DNA of 64,000 nucleotides, from positions 4,154,001-4,218,000 of the forward strand of contig CM120640.1 of NCBI GenBank assembly GCA_051362555.1. The letters run 5' to 3'. The DNA is from Lingula anatina. Taxonomy: Eukaryota; Animalia; Brachiopoda. This document shows, piece after piece, positions 13,501-25,500 of the stretch. The notes under the pieces were generated by a model, which was not told the origin of the DNA, did not search any database, and saw only the letters and a list, made by a program, of their open reading frames with translations. A program made the position numbers and the translations under genes. Each line of letters opens with the position of its first letter. The stretch's first letter is position 1.

Positions 13501-16500
13501 AATTTTTTGCCCTGTTATTCAGACACTACACAGACTTAACCAATAATATTATTGGAAAGTGTTACCCTTCAGGTCATCTTTCATCTCCATGAATTTGGGG
13601 TCAATCGGTGCATTTTCACGGGAGTAGCGGCCATAAGATACCGAAACTGAAAACTGTCTCTAATTCGGGAACCGTTAATGCTAGAGACCCATTCTTTTTT
13701 GCATTTTGTAGAGCATGTAAAGCCCAACACTGGGGGTGGTCTCGGTTTTTTTGTATTCCATACGGTTTTCGAGTTATGCTGTATCAAAAAGTACATATTG
13801 GTGGTAAAAGCAAAATGTGCAGTACGGTAATGGATAATAAATTTTGAACTCTGGAAAAATAAAACATAAGGCTTGGCAAAGCAGACAACCTGTGTTCAAA
13901 AATGACATTATAACATCAAATTTGAACTTCTGAATCTTCAGAGCACCTCCTATTTCAAGAATTTTGACCAAAATGACATTTTCTTTATTTTAATTAATTT
14001 TTTCTGTACGAAATTTAAGGCACATTATGGTAACTCCAAAATTATAACATTTAGTCCCTTATATCTCCAAAACTGGCAGAGATAGGTCCATAGTTACTAT
14101 TGAAGTTGAATAGGAAGTCATATACTGGCAATCTTACTGTGACCTTGAAATTGACCTTTGACCTACTTTTCACCATGAACTGAACTTTGCAAATTTTGCT
14201 TCCCTTTTATCTCCAAAACTGGCAGAGATAGGTCCATAGTTAGTATTGAACTTGAATAGGAAGTCATATACTGGCAATCTAAATGTGACCTTGAAATTGA
14301 CCTTTGACCTACTTTTCACCATGAATTGAACTTTGCAAATTTTGCTTTCCTTTTATCTCCAAACCTGGCAGAGATAGGTCCGTAGTTACTATTGAACTTG
14401 AATAGGAAGTCATATACTGGCAATCTAAATGTGACCTTGAAATTGACCTTTGACCTACTTTTCACCATGAATTGAACTTTGCAAATTTTGCTTTCCTTTT
14501 ATCTCCAAAACTGGCAGAGATAGGTCCGTAGTTACTATTGAACTTGAATAGGAAGTCATATACTGGCAATCTATATGTGACCTTAAAATTGACCTTTGAC
14601 CTACTTTTCACCATGAACTGAACTTTGCAAATTTTGCTTCCCTTTTATCTCCAAAACTGGCTGAGATAGGTCCGTAGTTACTATTGAACTTGAATAGAAA
14701 GTCATATACTGGCAATCTAAATGTGACCTTGAAATTGACCTTTGACCTACTTTTCACCATGAATTGAACTTTGCAAATTTTGCTTTCCTTTTATCTCCAA
14801 AACTGGCAGAGATAGGTCCGTAGTTACTATTGAACTTGAATAGGAAGTCATATACTGGCAATCTATATGTGACCTTAAAATTGACCTTTGACCTTCTTTT
14901 CACCATGAACTGAACTTTGCAAATTTTTCTTCCCTTTTATCTCTAAAACTGGCAGAGATAGGTCCATAGTTACTATTGAACTTGAATAGGAAGTCATAAA
15001 CTGGCAATCTAAATGTGACCTTAAAATTGACCTTTGACCTACTTTTCACCATGAACTGAACTTTGTAAATTTTGCTTTCCTTTTATCTCCAAAACTGGCA
15101 GAGATAGGTCCGTAGTTACTATTGAACTTGAATAGGAAGTCATATACTGGCAATATAAATGTGACATTAAAATTGACCTTTGACCTACTTTTCACCATAA
15201 ACTGAACTTTGCAAATTTTGCTTCCCTTTTATCTCCAAAACTGGCAGAGATAGGTCCATAGTTACTATTGAACTTGAATAGGAAGTCATATACTGGCAAT
15301 CTAAATGTGACCTTAAAATTGACCTTTGACCTACTTTTCACCATGAACTGAACTTTGCAAATTTTGCTTTCCTTTTATCTCCAAAACTGGCAGAGATAAG
15401 TCCGTAGTTACTATTGAAGTTGAATAGGAAGTCATATACTGGCAATCTATATGTGACCTTAAAATTGACCTTTGACCTACTTTTCACCATGAACTGAACT
15501 TTGCAAATTTTGCTTCCCTTTTATCTCCAAAACTGGCAGAGATAGGTCTATAGTTACTATTGAACTTGAATAGGAAGTCATAAACTGGCAATCTAAATGT
15601 GCCCTTAAAATTGACCTTTGACCTACTTTTCACCATGAACTGAACTTTGTAAATTTTGCTTCCCTTTTATCTCCAAAACTGGCAGAGATAGGTCCATAGT
15701 TACTATTGAACTTGAATAGGAAGTCATATACTGGCAATCTAAATGTGACCTTAAAATTGACCTTTGACCTACTTTTCACCATGAACTGAACTTTGCAAAT
15801 TTTGCTTTCCTTTTATCTCCAAAACTGGCAGAGATAGGTCCGTAGTTACTATTGAACTTGAATAGGAAGTCATATACTGGCAATCTAAATGTGACCTTAA
15901 AATTGACTTTTGACGTACTTTTCACCATGAACTGAACTTTGCAAAATTTGCTTTCCTTTTATCTCCAAAACTGACAGAGATAGGTCCGTAGTTACTATTG
16001 AACTTGATAAGAAAGTCATATACTGGCAATCTAAATGTGACCTTGAAATTGACCTTTGACCTACTTTTCACCATGAACTGAATTTTGCAAATTTTGCTTC
16101 CCTTTTATCTCCAAAACTGGCAGAGATAGGTCCATAGTTACTTTTGAATTTGAATAGGAAGTCCTATACTGGCAATCTAAGTGTGACCTTGAAATTGACC
16201 TTTGACCTACTTTTTATCATGAAGTGAACTCTGCTAATTTCTTTCTCTTTTAACTTCAAACTTGACAGAGATAGGTCCATAGTTACTCTTGAACTTGAAT
16301 AGGAAGTCATATACTGGCAATTTACTGTGACCTTGAAATTGACCCTTGACCTATCTTACAAAGAACTTAAATTTGGTTGTACCATATATATTTTTTGCAA
16401 TAGTTTAAAAATTCTTGTTGATTGCATTTTTACAGCTTGTCAAGCACAAAACTGGTGGCTGTGTCCCTTATTTTGTGTATGTGGGGGTCTATACGAATGC

Positions 16501-19500
16501 GCTTGCTCCAGCTGGTGGTACAATATTCGGAGGCGGTATCGCCTCTCTGATCCTCTAGTTATTACAAAGTGTTTGCCAACTTTAACCATTAAAATTACAA
16601 ATTTAACTTAACAAGTCAAGTTACTGTTTTGCCCCTGATTTGACTTTCAGGACAGAAGCAGCCAGGTGAAGCATTTCTTCACAGGTTTTGGTGGTGTTGG
16701 GGCAGACCAGCACCCTCAGGAACACGGAGGGGCTCTGTTCTCACACTCCAGAGTGGCAGAGGAGGCCATATTCCAGTTTGAGTATGAACAGAAACCACTG
16801 GGGAGTACAGCTGACCACAGGTAGGGGGCAGGGATGAGAGTTCTGGATGACTGTGCAAAGTAGAGGTAGTCACTGTATTGTTGCAGTTGATATCAAACTG
16901 AAAAGAAATGTTTTAGATATTGTACTAGCTAATACAGCTGACCACGGGAAGGGTGCACTGCTGGTAATCTGGGTGACTATGTGAAGGTTTTTCTCACTGA
17001 ACTGAATTAGATGTTGGAATTTTATCATAGGCCCTGGTTCTCTGCAGACCAGAAAGGCAGATACTGATATTTGAGCACAATTATGTGTATGTGTATAGGT
17101 AATCTTTTGATACATCCTGCAAATTCTTGTTATAACTGGATTAACAGCTGTTTTCTTACAGATGACTGTTTTACTTTGCTGATATATTCATTCTAGGGTA
17201 TTTATGAAGACAAAGCCTCTGAACATTGTCTACAACCCTTTCACTATTAAGAGAGTGAGAGAGTTTTTCAAACAGAGAGCAACTGGCATTGCACAAAAAC
17301 AGTCTGAGATCCATTTAGCAGGTAAGAACTCCCTAGTGTCAATAAAACTTATAAAGTATTGCATAAATATTGAAAAAATGTATAAATCAGGCTATATTGA
17401 CATATCTGTGGGAAAAGTGCCTCAGAAATTTATATTTCCGCGTTTTCTAGTTGATGCAAGAAGAAAATATGAAGAACTGAAAAATCAAACTAAAGCTGAA
17501 TTGAAGCATACTCTAGATCAAATGTTGGAGGGAAAGGAACAGGTAGGCCTTGCTATCACAGTTATGTTTTAATTATCTCTACCAGATAAGCATTTAAGAA
17601 TATGGAATGTTTTATTACATAGATATTTCAAAATGGAATAGATGCCATGTTTAAAATTTGAACACAGATGGTAATGAGATATATTTTTGTTAAAGTGTAC
17701 TTTGATGTCTTTCTTTTGTATCATTCTTTAAATTTTTCTTTCCAATTTCAGAGAAAAGCCAAGCGTTGGGAATTCAATCTTGATATCACTGCCCCACAGT
17801 TTGTGTGCCCAGAGAATTTCCAGGATCACAACACGACCTTAGTGGTGTTTGACTTTGGCCACCTTTACTTCAGGAATTCCTCAGCTAAGATCAAGAAGAA
17901 AGACATGGAGATGCAGGCTTCTATTGATGATGATGATGGTGAGTAGATGTGTGGATACAAACAGGAATAGTCTGAATATAAATATGATAGCGATAAAAAC
18001 TTCATGAATGTTGAAGCCCATTTTAACAGGTCATTTTCATCATAAAAATATATAAATGTTCATGGATATTAGTTGCTACCCTCTAGGTATGTTCATGTTT
18101 TTCATTGCTTTTAACTTCAGAATAGCTTATTATCAGAAGACATTCAAATCCCTAATAATAATTTTTACCTCGGTCACCTCTTAAGTATGCTAGAATTCTA
18201 GAATTTATCCCTATTATGACCCAAGAATGTTTCATTTTCAGAGGACTTCCAAACTCCCAGCAGTACTCCCCCAGGTGAGGAGGAGGAGCCAGCTGAGGGG
18301 GAGGAGGACTCTGACACCGTCTCCCAGGCAACCACAGTGACATCCAATGAGCTGTCAGAACTTTTGGCTGCCAATCTTCCTGCACACGATTTGAGGAGCA
18401 GACTCTATGACAAGTTAGTGTTATGGGATATTTATTATTTATACTGAATTTATTCATACAATTATAACAGAAAACAATTATATAAAATGAAAAAAATGTG
18501 ACAGAAAGATGACTGATAATCTGAATTTGGAGTTGGGGTAGGAGCATTGGCATAAAGAGGTGAATATTGGGACAATTTTAGTCATTTGGAGGACATTCTA
18601 CCTGTCAGACATTGAAAACAATCTTTGTTTTGTGTCAAAAACAGTACTGTAATGCCATCTTTATGTCCTTTTGGATACGAGATGTTTCTTTGAAAGTATT
18701 GAATTGTAACATTCCAGAAAAGATTATAAGTACACCCATCATTGTTTCACAGGTATATCCTTGAGCTCACAGAGTTACAGGTGATGGTAGGCAAAGGAAA
18801 AGACAACTGGAAACAAGCCCACTATAAAGGTTCAGGACACATGCACATCCTGGACAGGTTCACCATATCTCTGCAGTTTGAGAGGAGACTTCTGTACACT
18901 GATGATCCCTCCTTCCCCAGTGCATCCATGTCAGGAAATATGCCCAGTCTGGTGATGCATGTTAATGAACAGAAGGTGAGAGAAAATTGACCTGATTTAT
19001 GTAGTTATGACATTCCACAATAAGAACAGTCATTTGTGTTATGCCCGGAAATATGCTATGCTTTGAGCTTCTTTTCTGGTGTTCTTAAATGTGCACTTAA
19101 CAGCCCATTTCGCTACAAATTATATTTAAATTCTCACCATCTGAGACTGCATGCAAGACAGTTATGTCATATAAAAGACCTGTTATGACCAAAAAAAGCA
19201 ATAAATCTAATATAGAAGATTTTATTTATTTGAGCTTTTTATAACTATTTTTGCCATCTTCAGGTGAAGGCGTTGAGGAAGTGTATAGACACCATCTCCA
19301 GTGACCCAGTCCGCCCCTCCCCCACTACCACCCCATCCCCTGCCACACCCGACACACAGCATACACAGCTGGGACAGTCCACATACCAGCTGTGAGTAGG
19401 AATATAGGAAGAAAGCTTATATTTTAATACATAACCTTATCACTTGCTTTTTCTTTAAGCATTAAAAGATAAATAATATTCAGGAGTTGACATTGATATC

Positions 19501-22500
19501 TAAAAAATCTCAGCATATTGCTTTGAAGGAAATCTGTCACATTTGCTTTGTAACAAATGTTAGTGTGATTTTGTTCATGATTTATGATATTAACTAAAGC
19601 CAGAGTGTATGCACATCAATTTTAGATTAACAAAAGGTGAAAGATAAATAAGCAAGTTGTTTTAGACCTCAACTTACAAAACTTTTTCAGTATGTCAGAA
19701 GCCCAGATGCGTCAGCGCAGAGAAGCATCTCAAGAAAGTGTTTTATTACTGCTGCAGTTCACCATCAGTCAGATGGCCCTGGATATCCAGAGTAGAGGTA
19801 AAGATATGTGAAGGAGAGAAAAAGATAAGAAGTGTTTTAAAATAGTTTTAATTATTCATGTATTTCTCATTAAAAGAATCCAGTTTTATGTTTATAATAA
19901 CGGGTACCGGAGAAGATCAGCATTGGTCAGAATTGTGCCGGAAGTGACGTGCAGTGGTGTTAGAAGCGAAGCTGAGTGGTCATTTTTTTATAGAGGTGAA
20001 CGGCAGTGAAGACGGGTTGTCGGAGGAAAAAGAAGTTTTCTAAACAACATGGTAAGATAACTCTCCTTTTTTACGCATTTTGGGCAGAGAATACTTGTAG
20101 AAATAATAGACGCATGATATGAAAACGTGACACGGAACTTGAAGGTGCAAAATCGTGCTTAATTTGCGGTCAACTTGTTTAGAAATAAATGCTGCGTCGA
20201 CCGCCAGCGCGACAAAAAGCGTAAAGGGGAAATAATTCCCGGGAGTCTATAAATCGTTGTCATGTGGAAATTTGGCATTAATATAATCCGATATGTCCAT
20301 ATCTAAGTATTTTTGGGTGTTTTATGGTATGGGCTGCAATTACAACGATGTTTTAGAGGTCTTGAAGGACCTTGTGAAAACCAGGAAGTAGTTCGTAACT
20401 AACAAGTGGAATGAACCGATCTCCGACTGCTGTGCACAGCTGTATCTTTTTTTTCAATATATTGACGAATTTTTAGATCTTTATATGTCCATCTTGCATG
20501 AAATTCCACACACATGATCACACTGATACACCTTTTACACTGGGGAAGGCGCTAATCAGTGACAAATGCCAAGACAAAGGTGACATTCTGACAGCCTCTT
20601 ATCTGAGTTAAAAATCACTGACAAAAGAGACTGGCAATCACTTTCCTCAGGCTGGCAATCATTAGCCTATAGAAATTGGTCATGTTACATCTTATCTACC
20701 TGTGAGAATCGTTTTACCAACTGAGTATTGCATAATAATGTCAATTATTAGTACTTTGAGCTAGTCTTAATTACCTGTCAGCTCACCTGAATTCTCTTTC
20801 CGTCTTTTTGGGAAGATCTTGTCAGTGAAATGTTTTATTTGTCCTGTGAATGCATTGCACTTTATTGTATATTTGTACCGATGAGCGCCTTCCCCAGTGT
20901 AAAAGGTGTATCAGTGTGATCATGTGTGTGGAATTTCATGCCAGATGGACATATAAAGATCTAAAAATTCGTCAATATATTGAAAAAAAAGATACAGCTG
21001 TGCACAGCAGTCGGAGATCGGTACATTCCACTTGTTAGTTACGAACTACTTCCTGGTTTTCACAAGGTCCTTCAAGACCTCTAAAACATCGTTGTAATTG
21101 CAGCCCATACCATAAAACACCCAAAAATACTTAGATATGGACATATCGGATTATATTAATGCCAAATTTCCACATGACAACGATTTATAGACTCCCGGGA
21201 ATTATTTCCCCTTTACGCTTTTTGTCGCGCTGGCGGTCGACGCAGCATTTATTTCTAAACAAGTTGACCGCAAATTAAGCACGATTTTGCACCTTCAAGT
21301 TACGTGTCACGTTTTCATATCATGCGTCTATTATTTCTACAAGCATTCTCTGCCCAAAATGCGTAAAAAAGGAGAGTTATCTTACCATGTTGTTTAGAAA
21401 ACTTCTTTTTCCTCCGACAACCCGTCTTCACTGCCGTTCACCTCTATGTTAAAATGACCACTCAGCTTCGCTTCTAACACCACTGCACGTCACTTCCGGC
21501 ACAATTCTGACCAATGCTGATCTTCTCCGGTACCTGTTATTGGAAAGATTTACTCACCAAATTACTGCAAATTTAAATCTTATCAAACTTTTTCTATATT
21601 TTCATTTAATTAGTAAATAAATATAAATTCAGTGAAAAAAACAACTGTGTTCCATATCTGCATACCCCAGTTCCCTCTGTATAATCCCAGGTCTCCCTGT
21701 GGCAGAGATCCAGGTTTCAGGAGTCAGTGTGAACGCCACCAAGAGGACCTTTGACACCTCAGCCAAGTTCTCTCTGCACAGCCTACTGGTGGTAGATGCC
21801 ATGCAGACCTTTGGAAGAGATTTTGAACTCTTAGTTGCATCGCACAAACGATTAAGGTTGGTTATGGCGCTGTGTGAAGAGATAGTATGGATACATGTAA
21901 TAATGTACACTTCGATAAAGGGTAATTGAGTTTTCAGGTGAATAATAATGACATGCTTATTCAATCTCTGTGTTTGAATATTACATATTCTGAAATAGTA
22001 TAAAGCAGGGCCTGCTTTGCATTTTGTCAGTCTACATTTATGTATTTGCTTAAAATAATGCACTAAAAGTGAAAAAATTATAAACAAAAATTGCGACTGT
22101 TTGACTATTTCTAGCTTAGACAGCCACAGTGGCAGCATGCGTGACTCAGAACCTACCTCCCCCACTTCCCCACATTCCCCCCAGTCCCCGCAGTCCCCCT
22201 GCTCCCCTCAGTCCCCCAGTGATAAGATGCTGGCCTCAAGGAACCCTCAGACCAGCCTCAGTGCCTTCCAGTCAGCCTTCACCACAGCCTGGCAGAGCCT
22301 GAACCCACTGGCAGGTAGGACACACAGCACAGTAGTCTGGTTATTGCTTATAGGAGGAATGGCATAAATACACATTAGAAGAGTTTCAACTTGAAATTGG
22401 AATGAAAATGAGAGGTGAAATTGAGAAAAGTTGTCATGAAATTTAACAACACTTAAACCTGTACACATAAGAAAAATCATGATTTTACTGTTGCAGTCTG

Positions 22501-25500
22501 ACAGACTTGTATATAAAGTGTTTAATAATTAATGTAAAAAGTAGCCAACATTAGAATAATCAACCTTAGAAGTAAAAACAATGTCAGCTCCTAGGCTTTT
22601 AAAAGTTACTGACATTATTCCCATTATTTCCAATATTAAGCCAGGAGGAGGGAGCGTTCATATTCCTTTGACCCAGATCGTGCCGCCTCCCCAGTTCCTC
22701 AGCAGCAGCACAATTTTATACCAGTAGACGACACAAATCAAAGTGAGGATGCTCTGATTTATCTGGAGTTAGAACAAGTAGAGCCAGGAGGGCAGGCTGG
22801 CGGTGGCAATGAGGAAACTGAGAGGATCATCAACTTACAGTTTAATAATTTGGATGTTGTAGGTAGGTAGCATTAATTGGCTAATATTGCTAATTTGCAA
22901 AAATGACCTTCATTTGCACTAAGATATTATAAAATTGGGTATTTACAGCAAATGGATGCACTCTCTTTATTATTGTTTAATTTCATTGATTGACAAATGA
23001 AACCTAGGCAGACATATCTGTTAGTTGGAAAAACTTTTCTATCACAGTATGATCAAAGATGACAGTAACTATTCTGTTTGCTCTGCTTGTTTTCTAGTCA
23101 ACCAAGAGACCATAGTGGAGCTGCTGAGGTTTTTAAAGGAGATAGCTCCACCCCAAGCTCAACACAAGTCCAAAAAGCATTCAAAGAAGAGCGAATCACT
23201 TATGAAAAGCATGCGGAGTATGAATAAAAGTGAATCAATTTTGCTAAATCCTGTGAGTAAAATGTCATGATCTCATTGTTTGACTTAAATTTTATATATC
23301 AGTATTATTCAAATTAATTGATATCTGAAAGTTATTTGAAAATGAATTTCTGTTAATATTACTTGGAAAACTATCTGTAATGTTTTTAAAATGCCATCTT
23401 TTCTCATTGTTTCACCGTTGTTTTTCTTTAGGGCCTGGGTGCCATGAAAACCACAGTAACAGCTGATGTCCGTAGGTTGAATGTAATGTTGATGAGAGTT
23501 GTAGAAAATGATTATGCCAAAGAGGCAAAGAAGGTCGCTATGGCAACCATGAGTAGAACAAAATTCTGCACCACATTCCATAGCACAGGTATTTCTTTCA
23601 GTTTTACCTTTTGTTGGATCATTAGTTTGTAGGCATATTTTTTGAAATGGGTTAATCTGTAAGTATGTAACATTCAGCAAGTTAATGCATATAATTTTAT
23701 TTGTATTTTATTTGAAAATATTTGATTATGTGTAAGTTTGTGTCTAAGACAGTTGGCATCTAGTCAATTTGTATTCCAGGAGAAAAGATGTGTTTCGATG
23801 CCTATCTGGGTGGACTTCAGCTTAAAGACCTCACTTACGACGGTCCTTTTCTTCACCGTAAGACAGTCTTCAGTGTGGGTCACGACCCAGAGTGCAGCAC
23901 AAACTATGACGAGTTCTCTCACACAGAGATATACAACACGGCATATGAATCTGTCCTGGATGCAGATTGCCTTGATAAGGCACTGATATTCCAATATTCA
24001 GAAGGAGGGAGATTTATGGATGAGTCTGAAACTTTTGATAACTCCCACTTTCTTAGGGATGACAGTGCCAGATGTGTAGAAATAAGAATGGCGTCACTTC
24101 ATTATATTCACTCCCCTAGCTTCCTTAGTGATCTGACATTGTGTGGGTCTGATATCAAGGATTATCTGACAGGAGCCATGGATAACATCAAGACTGCAGC
24201 CACAGAAATGGCCATGGGGTTTGTGTCTAAGAAATCGGACCACATGGGCACCTCTCAGTACCCCCTGGCTACATCCCACTTAGGTGAGCCTAGCAGAATG
24301 TATGGTTCGGAGGAAGATGTGTTCAGCATGATGGACAGACAGGGTGACATCCATGAAGGGGACGACAAGAAACTCGTGATCAGTGGCATACTTCAGAGCC
24401 CAGTGATAGTGTTGCCTCGCACTCCTACAAGCTCTGAAGTTCTGGTGGCTTATCTTGGGAAAACTTATTTCAGAAACAAACAGCTGGAAGAGGTGCCGGC
24501 TTTGCCTAACATTCCCTTTTCTGAATCTTTCCTCAATGTGGAAGAAGAAGAAGGAGAGAAAATGTTCATTGAAATTCGAGACATAAGAATGTACAGCAGA
24601 GATGAAAAGGACATTGTTGAGAGCGAAGCTGTAAATCATTCACTGCCTGAAATTTATTCCAAAGCTCGCTGCGGAGTCCCAATATTACATGATACTATTA
24701 TAGAACTCAAAATAGAAAAACAAGAGCCCCAAATAGGCTATATCAATAGAAACTCAACCCAAGAGTTTTCATTGGATGAGAATGTGTTTCCACAATTTGG
24801 GGACCAGACTCTGTCATATGAGTCTCCAGATACTGTGATACAGATCAGTGGCAGGGTTGTGACTCCACTCAAACTAGCCCTTCACAGGCAAGTCTATGAG
24901 CAGATTTTACAAACATTGGACAATCTTACGCATAATAATGAGGAATCACAGTCAAATGAGTCTTTTCAAGGCAGTGAAGGAAATGAGAGCATGCCGACCA
25001 CAGAGTCCAGCGTGATGTCGGTGCCTAGTATGTCAGCCTTGAAACTTGATATGGGGGAGGTGGCCTCAAGTACCAGTATTACAAGCATTTCCAGCTCAAC
25101 AGTCTCTAGTCAAGCAAGCAACCCCATTGCAATAAGAGCAAAATTTGACTTGCCTGTATTTGATATTGAGATGCAGAATGATCTGGGAGGGGAGCCAAAT
25201 AAGTCCATTGTACTTGTTAGTTTCAAGGATTTTGTGGTGGATTATGAGAAATCCAACCCTTACATAACTGAAATTGAAGTGGCCCTCCAATCACTAACTG
25301 TGAAAGATTTGCTGCAGGATGAACAAACTAAACATGGCTTCCTGATGGTGTCAAAAGGCGCTCTTCCCACAGGAGAGTTTGCTGCTGCGGGTGAAACTAA
25401 AATGTACATGTCCACGTCTTGCCCCGATAGTATGATACAGGCTGCGGCTCCTGACATGCCGCCATCTTTGCCAAGCAGTTTGCGACAGGAGAATGTCTTC

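Noticed and set aside
14055-16355. Regular repeat array as a CRISPR array
   Set aside because: Units are contiguous and near-identical with no unique spacers; no cas genes; eukaryotic intron context.
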